Shown here: positions 12,391-25,181 of the stretch, in pieces | Layout of the letters: every line of letters starts with the position of its first letter | Position numbering within the stretch: the first letter of the stretch is position 1 | Origin: Tubulanus polymorphus | Lineage: Eukaryota; Animalia; Nemertea | DNA length: 64,000 nucleotides | Reading direction: 5' to 3' | Assembly (NCBI RefSeq): GCF_964204645.1 | Contig: NC_134036.1 | Location: 6,739,304-6,803,303 of the forward strand | Notes under the pieces: model-generated | Told to the model about the DNA's origin: nothing | Seen by the model: only the letters and a program-made list of their open reading frames with translations | Databases searched by the model: none | Program-made: the position numbers and the translations under genes

Positions 12391-14117
12391 CCGTCCGTTC
12401 GTCAGTGTGCCGGCGGTGGTTGTTCGAAAAACGACTAAGTGCTGACCGGGCCTTAATCAGCGTTACGACCCGGCACCGGTCAGGAAGGGAGGGAGGGTGG
12501 CAGTAGGTCGGTCGTCCGTTCGTTGGTCAGTGTGCCGGCGCTGGTAGTTCGAAAAACGACTAAGTGCTGACCGGGCCTTGATCAGCGTTACGACCCGGAG
12601 CAGTGTGGGAGGGAGGGGGACAGTAGGTCGGTCGTCCGTCCGTTCGTCAGTGTGCCGGCAGAGTTGGTTGTTCGAAAAACGACTAAGTGCTGGCCGGGCC
12701 TTGATCAGCATTAGGACCCGGTGCTGTGAGGGAGGGAGGGAGGCAGTAGGTCGGTCGTCCATCCGTTCGTCAGTGTGCCGGCGGTGGTTGTTCGAAAAAC
12801 GACTAAGTGCTGACCGGGCCTTGATCAGCGTTACGACCCGGTGCAGTGAGGGAGGGAGGGAGGCACTAGGACAGTCGTCCGCCCGTTAGTCAGTGTGTCG
12901 GCGGTTGTTGTTCGAAAAACGACTAAGTGCTGACCGGGCCTTGATCAGCGTTACGACCCGGTGCAGTGAGGGAGGGAGGGAGGCACTAGGACAGTCGTCC
13001 GCCCGTTAGTCAGTGTGTCGGCGGTTGTTGTTCGAAAAACGACTAAGTGCTGACCGGGCCATGAACAGCGTTACGACCCGGCACCGGTCAGGAAGGGAGG
13101 GAGGGTGGCAGTAGGTCGGTCGTCCGTCCGTTCGTCAGTGTGCCGGCGGTGGTTGTTCGAAAAACGACTAAGTGCTGACCGGGCCTTAATCAGCGTTACG
13201 ACCCGGCACCGGTCAGGAAGGGAGGGAGGGTGGTAGTAGGTCGGTCGTCCGTTCGTTGGTCAGTGTGCCGGCGGTGGTAGTTCGAACAACGACTAAGTGC
13301 TGACCGGGCCTTGACCAGCGTTACGACCCGGAGCAGTGTGGGAGGGAGGGGGACAGTAGGTCGGTCGTCCGTCCGTTCGTCAGTGTGCCGGCAGAGTTGG
13401 TTGTTCGAAAAACGACTAATTGCTGACCGGGCCTTGATCAGCGTTAGGACCCGGTGCTGTGAGGGAGGGAGGGAGGCAGTAGGTCGGTCGTCCGTCCGTT
13501 TGTCAGTGTGCCGGCAGTGATTGTTGTTCGAAAAATGACTAAGGGCTGACCGGGCCTTGATCAGCGTTACGACCCGGCACTGGTCAGGGAGGGAGGGAGG
13601 GAGGCTGTAGGTCGGTCGTCCATCCGTTCGTCAGTGTGCCGGCGGTGGTAGTTCGAAAAACGACTAAGTGCTGACCGGGCCCAGATCAGCGTTACGACTC
13701 GGTGCAGTGAGGGAGGGAGAGAGGCAGTAGGTCGGTCGTCCGTCCGGTCGTCAGTGTGCCGGCGGTGGTTGTTCGAAAAACGACTAAGTGCTGACCGGGC
13801 CTTGATCAGCGTTACGACCCGGTGCAGTGAGGGAGGGAGGGAGGCAGTAGGTCGGTCGTCCGTCCGTTCGTCAGTGTGCCGGCAGAGTTGGTTGTTCGAA
13901 AAACGACTAAGTGCTGACCGGGCCTTGATCAGCGTTACGACCCGGTGCAGTGAGAGAGGGAGGGAGGGAGGCAGTAGGTCGGTCGTCCATCCGTTCGTCA
14001 GTGTGCCGGCGGTGGTAGTTCGAAAAACGACTAAGTGCTGACCGGGCCTTGATCAGCGTTACGACCCGGTGCAGTGAGGGAGGGAGGGAGGGAGGCAGTA
14101 GGTCGGTCGTCCATCCG

Positions 14118-17100
14118 TTCGTCAGTGTGCCGGCGGTGGTAGTTCAAAAAACGACTAGGTGCTGACCGGGCCTTGATCAGCGTTACGACCCGGAGCAGTG
14201 TGGGAGGGATGGGGACAGTAGGTCGGTCGTCCGTCCGTTCGTCAGTGTGCCGGCAGAGTTGGTTGTTCGAAAAACAACTAAGTGCTGACCGGGCCTTGAT
14301 CAGCGTTACGACCCGGTGCAGTGAGGGAGGGAGGGAGGCACTAGGACAGTCGTCCGCCCGTTAGTCAGTGTGTCGGCGGTTGTTGTTCGAAAAACGACTA
14401 AGTGCTGACCGGGCCATGAACAGCGTTACGACCCGGCACCGGTCAGGAAGGGAGGGAGGGTGGCAGTAGGTCGGTCGTCCGTTCGTTGGTCAGTGTGCCG
14501 GCGGTGGTAGTTCGAAAAACGACTAAGTGCTGACCGGGCCTTGATCAGCGTTACGACCCGGAGCATTGAGGGAGGGAGGGAGGCAGTAGGTCGGTCGTCC
14601 GTCCGTTTGTCAGTGTGCCGGCAGTGATGGTTGTTCGAAAAATGACTAAGGGCTGACCGGGCCTTGATCAGCGTTACGACCCGGCGCTGGTCAGGGCGGG
14701 AGGGAGGGAGGCAGTAGGTCGGTCGTCCATCCGTTCGTCAGTGTGCCGGCGGTGGTAGTTCGAAAAACGACTAAGTGCTGACCGGGCCTAGATCAGCGTT
14801 ACGACTCGGTGCAGTGAGGGAGGGAGAGAGGCAGTAGGTCGGTCGTCCGTCCGGTCGTCAGTGTGCCGGCGGTGGTTGTTCGAAAAACGACTAAGTGCTG
14901 ACCGGGCCTTGATCAGCGTTACGACCCGGTGCAGTGAGGGAGGGAGGGAGGCAGTAGGTCGGTCGTCCGTCCGTTCGTCAGTGTGCCGGCAGAGTTGGTT
15001 GTTCGAAAAACGACTAAGTGCTGACCGGGCCTTGATCAGCGTTACGACCCGGTGCAGTGAGAGAGGGAGGGAGGGAGGCAGTAGGTCGGTCGTCCATCCG
15101 TTCGTCAGTGTGCCGGCGGTGGTAGTTCGAAAAACGACTAAGTGCTGACCGGGCCTTGATCAGCGTTACGACCCGGTGCAGTGAGGGAGGGAGGGAGGGG
15201 GGCAGTAGGTCGGTCGTCCATCCGTTCGTCAGTGTGCCGGCGGTGGTAGTTCAAAAAACGACTAAGTGCTGACCGGGCCTTGATCAGCGTTACGACCCGG
15301 AGCAGTGTGGGAGGGAGGGGGACAGTAGGTCGGTCGTCCGTCCGTTCGTCAGTGTGCCGGCAGAGTTGGTTGTTCGAAAAACAACTAAGTGCTGACCGGG
15401 CCTTGATCAGCGTTACGACCCGGAGCAGTGAGGGAGGGAGGGAGGCAGTAGGTCGGTCGTCCGTCCGTTCGCCAGTGTGCCGCTGGTGGTTGTTCGAAAA
15501 ACGACTAAGTGCTGACCGGGCCTTGATCAACGTTACGACCCGGTGCAGTGAGGGAGGGAGGGAGGCACTAGGACAGTCGTCCGCCCGTTAGTCAGTGTGT
15601 CGGCGGTTGTTGTTCGAAAAACGACTTGATCAGCGTTACGACCCGGTGCAGTGAGGGCGGGAGGGAGGCAGTAGGTCGGTCGTCCGTCCGTTCGCCAGTG
15701 TGCCGCTGGTGGTTGTTCGAAAAACGACTAAGTGCTGACCGGGCCTTGATCAGCGTTACAACCCGGAGCAGTGAGGGAGGGTGGGAGGCAGTAGGTCGGT
15801 CGTCCGTCCGTTCGCCAGTGTGCCGCTGGTGGTTGTTCGAAAAACGACTAAGTGCTGACCGGGCCTTGATCAGCGTTACGACCCGGTGCAGTGAGGGAGG
15901 GAGGGAGGCACTAGGACAGTCGTCCGCCCGTTAGTCAGTGTGTCGGCGGTTGTTGTTCGAAAAACGACTAAGTGCTGACCGGTCCATGAACAGCGTTACG
16001 ACCCGGCACCGGTCAGGAAGGGAGGAAGGGTGGCAGTAGGTCGGTCATCCGTTCGTTGGTCAGTGTGCCGGCGGTGGTAGTTCGAAAAACGACTAAGTGC
16101 TGACCGGGCCTTGATCAGCGTTACGACCCGGAGCATTGAGGGAGGGAGGGAGGCAGTAGGTCGGTCGTCCGTCCGTTTGTCAGTGTGCCGGCAGTGATGG
16201 TTGTTCGAAAAATGACTAAGGGCTGACCGGGCCTTGATCAGCGTTACGACCCGGCGCTGGTCAAGGGCGGGAGGGAGGGAGGCAGTAGGTCGGTCGTCCA
16301 TCCGTTCGTCAGTGTGCCGGCGGTGGTTGTTCGAAAAACGACTAAGTGCTGACCGGGCCTTGATCAGCGTTACGACCCGGCGCAGTGAGGGAGGGAGGGA
16401 GGGAGGCAGTAGGTCGGTCGTCCATCCGTTCGTCAGTGTGCCGGCGGTGGTTGTTCGAAAAACGACTAAGTGCTGACCGGGCAATGATCAGCGTTACGAC
16501 CCGGTGCAGTGAGGGAGGGAGGGAGGCACTAGGACAGTCGTCCGCCCGTTAGTCAGTGTGTCGGCGGTTGTTGTTCGAAAAACGACTAAGTGCTGACCGG
16601 GCCATGAACAGCGTTACGACCCGGCACCGGTCAGGAAGGGAGGGAGGGTGGCAGTAGGTCGGTCGTCCGTCCGTTCGTCAGTGTGCCGGCGGTGGTTGTT
16701 CGAAAAACGACTAAGTGCTGACCGGGCCTTAATCAGCGTTACGACCCGGCACCGGTCAGGAAGGGAGGGAGGGTGGCAGTAGGTCGGTCGTCCGTTCGTT
16801 GGTCAGTGTGCCAGCGCTGGTAGTTCGAAAAACGACTAAGTGCTGACCGGGCCTTGATCAGCGTTACGACCCGGAGCAGTGTGGGAGGGAGGGGGACAGT
16901 AGGTCGGTCGTCCGTCCGTTCGTCAGTGTGCCGGCAGAGTTGGTTGTTCGAAAAACGACTAAGTGCTGACCGGGCCTTGATCAGCGTTAGGACCCGGTGC
17001 TGTGAGGGAGGGAGGGAGGCAGTAGGTCGGTCGTCCATCCGTTCGTCAGTGTGCCGGCGGTGGTTGTTCGAAAAACGACTAAGTGCTGACCGGGCCTTGA

Positions 17101-20100
17101 TCAGCGTTACGACCCGGCGGAGTGAGGGAGGGAGGGAGGGAGGCAGTTGGTCGGTCGTCCATCCGTTCGTCAGGGTGCCGGCGGTGGTTGTTCGAAAAAC
17201 GACTAAGTGCTGACCGGGCCTTGATCAGCGTTACGACCCGGTGCAGTGAGGGAGGGAGGGAGGCACTAGGACAGTCGTCCGCCCGTTAGTCAGTGTGTCG
17301 GCGGTTGTTGTTCGAAAAACGACTAAGTGCTGACCGGGCCATGAACAGCGTTACGACCCGGCACCGGTCAGGAAGGGAGGGAGGTTGGCAGTAGGTCGGT
17401 CGTCCGTCCGTTCGTCAGTGTGCCGGCGGTGGTTGTTCGAAAAACGACTAAGTGCTGACCGGGCCTTGATCAGCGTTACGACCCGGAGCAGTGAGGGAGG
17501 GAGGGAGGCAGTAAGTCGGTCGTCCGTCCGTTCGCCAGTGTGCCGGCGGTGGTTGTTCAAAAATCGACTAAGTGCTGACCGGGCCTTGATCAGCGTTACG
17601 ACCCGGAGCATTGAGGGAGGGAGGGAGGCAGTAGGTCGGTCGTCCGTCCGTTTGTCAGTAAGCCGGCAGTGATGGTTGTTCGAAAAACGACTAAGGGCTG
17701 ACCGGGCCTTAATCAGCGTTACGACCCGGCGCTGGTCAGGGAGGGAGGGAGGGAGGCAGTAGGTCGGTCGTCCATCCGTTCGTCAGTGTGCCGGCGGTGG
17801 TAGTTCGAAAAACGACTAAGTGCTGACCGGGCCTTGATCAGCGTTACGACCCTGTGCAGTGAGGGAGGGAGGGAGGCAGTAGGTCAGTCGTCCGTCCGTT
17901 CGTCAGTGTGCCGGCAGAGTTGGTTGTTCGAAAAACGACTAAGTGCTGACCGGGCCTTGATCAGCGTTACGACCCGGTGCAGTGAGGGAGGGAGGGAGGG
18001 AGGCAGTAGGTCGGTCGTCCATCCGTTCGTCAGTGTGCCGGCGGTGGTAGTTCGAAAAACGACTAAGTGCTGACCGGGCCTTGATCAGCGTTACGACCCG
18101 GTGCAGTGAGGGAGGGAGGGAGGGAGGCAGTAGGTCGGTCGTCCATCCGTTCGTCAGTGTGCCGGCGGTGGTTGTTCGAAAAACGACTAAGTGCTGACCG
18201 GGCCTTGATCAGCGTTACGACCCGGTGCAGTGAGGGAGGGAGGGAGGCAGTAGGTCGGTCGTCCGTCCGTTCGTCAGTGTGCCGGCGGTGGTAGTTCGAA
18301 AAACGACTAAGTGCTGACCGGGCCATGAACAGCGTTACGACCGGGCACCGGTCAGGAAGGGAGGGAGGTCGGCAGTAGGTCGGTCGTCCGTTCGTTCGTC
18401 AGTGTGCCGGCGGTGGTAGTTCGAATAACGACTAAGTGCTGATCGGGCCTTGATCAGCGTTACGACCCGGCACCGGTCAGGGAGGGAGGGAGGGAGGCAG
18501 TAGGTCGGTCGTCCGTCCGTTCGTCATTGTGCCGGCGGTGGTAGTTCGAAAAACGACTAAGTGCTGACCGGGCCTTGATCAGCGTTACGACCCGGAGCAT
18601 TGAGGGAGGGAGGGTGGCAGTAGGTCGGTCGTCCGTCCGTTTGTCAGTGTGCCGGCAGTGATGGTTGTTCGAAAAATGACTAAGGGCTGACCGGGCCTTG
18701 ATCAGCGTTACGACCCGGCGCTGGTCAGGGCGGGAGGGAGGGAGGCAGTAGGTCGGTCGTCCATCCGTTCGTCAGTGTGCCGGCGGTGGTAGTTCGAAAA
18801 ACGACTAAGTGCTGACCGGGCCTAGATCAGCGTTACGACTCGGTGCAGTGAGGGAGGGAGAGAGGCAGTAGGTCGGTCGTCCGTCCGGTCGTCAGTGTGC
18901 CGGCGGTGGTTGTTCGAAAAACGACTAAGTGCTGACCGGGCCTTGATCAGCGTTACGACCCGGTGCAGTGAGGGAGGGAGGGAGGCAGTAGGTCGGTCGT
19001 CCGTCCGTTCGTCAGTGTGCCGGCAGAGTTGGTTGTTCGAAAAACGACTAAGTGCTGACCGGGCCTTGATCAGCGTTACGACCCGGTGCAGTGAGAGAGG
19101 GAGGGAGGGAGGCAGTAGGTCGGTCGTCCATCCGTTCGTCAGTGTGCCGGCGGTGGTAGTTCAAAAAACGACTAAGTGCTGACCGGGCCTTGATCAGCGT
19201 TACGACCCGGTGCAGTGAGGGAGGGAGGGAGGCAGTAGGTCGGTCGTCCATCCGTTCGTCAGTGTGCCGGCGGTGGTAGTTCGAAAAACGACTAAGTGCT
19301 GACCGGGCCTAGATCAGCGTTACGACTCGGTGCAGTGAGGGAGGGAGAGAGGCAGTAGGTCGGTCGTCCGTCCGGTCGTCAGTGTGCCGGCGGTGGTTGT
19401 TCGAAAAACGACTAAGTGCTGACCGGGCCTTGATCAGCGTTACGATCCGGTGCAGTGAGGGAGGGAGGGAGGCAGTAGGTCGGTCGTCCGTCCGTTCGTC
19501 AGTGTGCCGGCAGAGTTGGTTGTTCGAAAAACGACTAAGTGCTGACCGGGCCTTGATCAGCGTTACGACCCGGTGCAGTGAGAGAGGGAGGGAGGGAGGC
19601 AGTAGGTCGGTCGTCCATCCGTTCGTCAGTGTGCCGGCGGTGGTAGTTCAAAAAACGACTAAGTGCTGACCGGGCCTTGATCAGCGTTACGACCCGGTGC
19701 AGTGAGGGAGGGAGGGAGGCAGTAGGTCGGTCGTCCGTCCGTTCGCCAGTGTGCCGCTGGTGGTTGTTCGAAAAACGACTAAGTGCTGACCGGGCCTTGA
19801 TCAGCGTTACGACCCGGAGCATTGAGGGAGGGAGGGAGGCAGTAGGTCGGTCGTCCGTCCGTTTGTCAGTGTGCCGGCAGTGATGGTTGTTCGAAAAATG
19901 ACTAAGGGCTGACCGGGCCTTGATCAGCGTTACGACCCGGCGCTGGTCAAGGGTGGGAGGGAGGGAGGTAGTAGGTCGGTCGTCCGTCCGTTCGTCAGTG
20001 TGCCGGCGGTGGTTGTTCGAAAAACGACTAAGTGCTGACCGGGCCTTAATCAGCGTTACGACCCGGCACCGGTCAGGGAGGGAGGGAGGGAGGCAGTAGG

Positions 20101-21700
20101 TCGGTCGTCCGTCCGTTCGTCAGTGTGCCGGCGGTGGTTTTTCGAAAAACGACTAAGTGCTGACCGGGCCTTGATCAGCGTTACGACCCGGAGCAGTGAG
20201 GGAGGGAGGGAGGCAGTAGGTCGGTCGTCCGTCCGTTTGTCAGTGTGCCGGCAGTGATGGTTGTTCGAAAAACGACTAAGGGCTGACCGGGCCTTAATCA
20301 GCGTTACGACCCGGCGCTGGTCAGGGAGGGAGGGAGGGAGGCAGTAGGTCGGTCGTCCATCCGTTCGTCAGTGTGCCGGCGGTGGTTGTTCGAAAAACGA
20401 CTAAGTGCTAACCGGGCCATGATCAGCGTTACGACCCGGTGCTGTGAGGGAGGGAGGGAGGCACTAGGACAGTCGTCCGCCCGTTAGTCAGTGTGTCGGC
20501 GGTTGTTGTTCGAAAAACGACTAAGTGCTGACCGGGCCATGAACAGCGTTACGACCCGGCACCGGTCAGGAAGGGAGGGAGGGTGGCAGTAGGTCGGTCG
20601 TCCGTTCGTTGGTCAGTGTGCCGGCGGTGGTAGTTCGAAAAACGACTAAGTGCTGACCGGGCCTTGATCAGCGTTACGACCCGGAGCAGTGTGGGAGGGA
20701 GGGGGACAGTAGGTCGGTCGTCCGTCCGTTCGTCAGTGTGCCGGCAGAGTTGGTTGTTCGAAAAACGACTAAGTGCTGACCGGGCCTTGATCAGCGTTAC
20801 GACCCGGTGCTGTGAGGGAGGGAGGGAGGCAGTAGGTCGGTCGTCCATCCGTTCGTCAGTGTGCCGGCGGTGGTTGTTCGAAAAACGACTAAGTGCTGAC
20901 CGGGCCTTGATCAGCGTTACGACCCGGCGCAGTGAGGAAGGGAGGGAGGGAGGCAGTAGGTCGGTCGTCCATCCGTTCGTCAGTGTGCCGGCGGTGGTTG
21001 TTCGAAAAACGACTAAGTGCTGACCGGGCCTTGATCAGCGTTACGACCCGGTGCAGTGAGGGAGGGAGGGAGGCACTAGGACAGTCGTCCGCCCGTTAGT
21101 CAGTGTGTCGGCGGTTGTTGTTCGAAAAACGACTAAGTGCTGACCGGGCCATGAACAGCGTTACGACCCGGCACCGGTCAGGAAGGGAGGGAGGGTGGCA
21201 GTAGGTCGGTCGTCCGTCCGTTCGTCAGTGTGCCGGCGGTGGTTTTTCGAAAAACGACTAAGTGCTGACCGGGCCTTGATCAGCGTTACGACCCGGCACC
21301 GGTCAGGGAGGGAGGGAGGCTGTAGGTCGGTCGTCCATCCGTTCGTCAGTGTGCCGGCGGTGGTAGTTCGAAAAACGACTAAGTGCTGACCGGGCCTTGA
21401 TCAGCGTTACGACCCGGAGCAGTGAGGGAGGGAGGGAGGCAGTAGGTCGGTCGTCCATCCGTTCGTCAGTGTGCCGGCGGTGGTTGTTCGAAAAACGACT
21501 AAGTGCTGACCGGGCCATGATCAGCGTTACGACCCGGTGCAGTGAGGGAGGGATGGAGGCACTAGGACAGTCGTCCGCCCGTTAGTCAGTGTGTCGGCGG
21601 TTGTTGTTCGAAAAACGACTAAGTGCTGACCGGGCCATGAACAGCGTTACGACCCGGCACCGGTCAGGAAGGGAGGGAGGGTGGCAGTAGGTCGGTCGTC
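14118..21700. repeat. ~7.6-kb block, copy 2 (offset 9309-9317 from 4800-12390)
   Basis: Same order of private variants. The offset drops by 4 bp twice (one TCCG unit, one GGGA unit). Confidence 0.92.
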
Positions 21701-22870
21701 CGTTCGTTCGTCAGTGTGCCGGCGGTGGTTGTTCGAATAACGACTAAGTGCTGACCGGGCCTTGATCAGCGTTACGACCCGGCACCGGTCAGGGAGGGAG
21801 GGAGGGAGGCAGTAGGTCGGTCGTCCGTCCGTTCGTCATTGTGCCGGCGGTGGTAGTTCGAAAAACGACTAAGTGCTTACCGGGCCTTGATCAACGTTAC
21901 GACCCGGTGCAGTGAGGGAGGGAGGGAGGCAGTAGGTCGGTCGTCCATCCGTTCGTCAGTGTGCCGGCGGTGGTAGTTCGAAAAACGACTAAGTGCTGAC
22001 CGGGCCTTGATCAGCGTTACGACCCGGTGCAGTGAGGGAGGGAGGGAGGGAGGCAGTAGGTCGGTCGTCCATCCGTTCGTCAGTGTGCCGGCGGTGGTAG
22101 TTCGAAAAACGACTAAGTGCTGACCGGGCCTAGATCAGCGTTACGACTCGGTGCAGTGAGGGAGGGAGAGCGGCAGTAGGTCGGTCGTCCGTCCGGTCGT
22201 CAGTGTGCCGGCGGTGGTTGTTCGAAAAACGACTAAGTGCTGACCGGGCCTTGATCAGCGTTACGACCCGGTGCAGTGAGGGAGGGAGGGTGGCAGTAGG
22301 TCGGTCGTCCGTTCGTTGGTCAGTGTGCCGGCGGTGGTAGTTCGAAAAACGACTAAGTGCTGACCGGGCCTTGATCAGCGTTACGACCCGGAGCAGTGTG
22401 GGAGGGAGGGGGACAGTAGGTCGGTCGTCCGTTCGTTCGTCAGTGTGCCGGCGGTGGTTGTTCGAATAACGACTAAGTGCTGACCGGGCCTTGATCAGCG
22501 TTACGACCTGGCACCGGTCAGGGAGGGAGGGAGGGAGGCAGTAGGTCGGTCGTCCGTCCGTTCGTCATTGTGCCGGCGGTGGTAGTTCGAAAAACGACTA
22601 AGTGCTTACCGGGCCTTGATCAGCGTTACGACCCGGTGCAGTGAGGGAGGGAGGGAGGCAGTAGGTCGGTCGTCCATCCGTTCGTCAGTGTGCCGGCGGT
22701 GGTAGTTCGAAAAACGACTAAGTGCTGACCGGGCCTTGATCAGCGTTACGACCCGGTGCAGTGAGGGAGGGAGGGAGGGAGGCAGTAGGTCGGTCGTCCA
22801 TCCGTTCGTCAGTGTGCCGGCGGTGGTAGTTCGAAAAACGACTAAGTGCTGACCGGGCCTAGATCAGCGT
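21700..22870. repeat. Local 729-bp (6-monomer) partial tandem duplication, repeated at ~38480-39720
   Basis: Private variant AAGTGCTTACC at 21871/22600 and 38655/39384 (both pairs 729 apart). Confidence 0.8.
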
Positions 22871-25181
22871 TACGACCCGGAGCAGTGAGGGAGGGAGGGA
22901 GGCAGTAGGTCGGTCGTCCGTCCGTTCGCCAGTGTGCCGCTGGTTGTTGTTCGAAAAACGACTAAGTGCTGACCGGGCCTTGATCAGCGTTACGACCCGG
23001 TGCAGTGAGGGAGGGAGGGAGGCACTAGGACAGTCATCCGCCCGTTAGTCAGTGTGTCGGCGGTTGTTGTTCGAAAAACGACTAAGTGCTGACCGGGCCA
23101 TGAACAGCGTTACGACCCGGCACCGGTCAGGAAGGGAGGGAGGGTGGCAGTAGGTCGGTCGTCCGTTCGTTGGTCAGTGTGCCGGCGGTGGTAGTTCGAA
23201 AAACGACTAAGTGCTGACCGGGCCTTGATCAGCGTTACGACCCGGAGCAGTGTGGGAGGGAGGGGGACAGTAGGTCGGTCGTCCGTCCGTTCGTCAGTGT
23301 GCCGGCAGAGTTGGTTGTTCGAAAAACGACTAAGTGCTGACCGGGCCTTGATCAGCGTTACGACCCGGTGCTGTGAGGGAGGGAGGGAGGCAGTAGGTCG
23401 GTCGTCCATCCGTTCGTCAGTGTGCCGGCGGTGGTTGTTCGAAAAACGACTAAGTGCTGACCGGGCCTTGATCAGCGTTACGACCCGGAGCAGTGAGGGA
23501 GAGAGGGAGGCAGTAGGTCGGTCGTCCATCCGTTCGTCAGTGTGCCGGCGGTGGTTGTTCGAAAAACGACTAAGTGCTGACCGGGCCTTGATCAGCGTTA
23601 CGACCCGGTGCAGTAAGGGAGGGAGGGAGGCACTAGGACAGTCGTCCGCCCGTAAGTCAGTGTGTCGGCGGTTGTTGTTCGAAAAACGACTAAGTGCTGA
23701 CCGGGCCATGAACAGCGTTACGACCCGGCACCGGTCAGGAAGGGAGGGAGGATGGCAGTAGGTCGGTCGTCCGTCCGTTTGTCAGTGTGCCGGCAGTGAT
23801 GGTTGTTCGAAAAATGACTAAGGGCTGACCGGGCCTTGATCAGCGTTACGACCCGGCGCTTGTCAAGGGCGGGAGGGAGGGAGGGAGGCAGTAGGTCGGT
23901 CGTCCATCCGTTCGTCAGTGTGCCGGCGGTGGTAGTTCGAAAAACGACTAAGTGCTGACCGGGCCTAGATCAGCGTTACGACCCGGCGCAGTGAGGAAGG
24001 GAGGGAGGGAGGCTGTAGGTCGGTCGTCCATCCGTTCGTCAGTGTGCCGGCGGTGGTAGTTCGAAAAACGACTAAGTGCTGACCGGGCCTTGATCAGCGT
24101 TACGACCCGGAGCAGTGAGGGAGGGAGGGAGGCAGTAGGTCGGTCGTCCATCCGTTCGTCTGTGTGCCGGCGGTGGTAGTTCGAAAAACGACTAAGTGCT
24201 GACCGGGCCTTGATCAGCATTACGACCCGGTGCAGTGAGGGAGGGAGGGAGGGAGGCAGTAGGTCGGTCGTCCATCCGTTCGTCAGTGTGCCGGCGGTGG
24301 TAGTTCGAAAAACGACTAAGTGCTGACCGGGCCTTGATCAGCGTTACGACCCGGTGCAGTGAGGGAGGGAGGGAGGCAGTAGGTCGGTCGTCCGTCCGTT
24401 CGCCAGTGTGCCGGCGGTGGTTGTTCGAAAAACGACTAAGTGCTGACCGGGCCTTGATCAGCGTTACGACCCGGTGCAGTGAGGGAGGGAGGGAGGGAGG
24501 CAGTAGGTCGGTCGTCCATCCGTTCGTCAGTGTGCCGGCGGTGGTAGTTAAAAAAAAAGAACAAGTGCTGACCGGGCCTTGATCAGCGTTACGACCCGGT
24601 GCAGTGAGGGAGGGAGGGAGGGAGGCAGTAGGTCGGTCGTCCATCCGTTCGTCAGTGTGCCGGCGGTGGTAGTTCAAAAAACGACTAAGTGCTGACCGGG
24701 CCTTGATCAGCGTTACGACCCGGTGCAGTGAGGGAGGGAGGGAGGCAGTAGGTCGGTCGTCCGTCCGTTCGCCAGTGTGCCGCTGGTGGTTGTTCGAAAA
24801 ACGACTAAGTGCTGACCGGGCCTTGATCAGCGTTACGACCCGGAGCAGTGAGGGAGGGAGGGAGGCAGTAGGTCGGTCGTCCGTCCGTTCGCCAGTTTAC
24901 CGCTGGTGGTTGTTCGAAAAACGACTAAGTGCTGACCGGGCCTTGATCAGCGTTACGACCCGGTGCAGTGAGGGAGGGAGGGAGGCACTAGGACAGTCGT
25001 CCGCCCGTTAGTCAGTGTGTCGGCGGTTGTTGTTCGAAAAACGACTAAGTGCTGACCGGGCCTTGATCAGCGTTACGACCCGGCGCTTGTCAAGGGCGGG
25101 AGGGAGGGAGGGAGGCAGTAGGTCGGTCGTCCATCCGTTCGTCAGTGTGCCGGCGGTGGTAGTTCGAAAAACGACTAAGTG

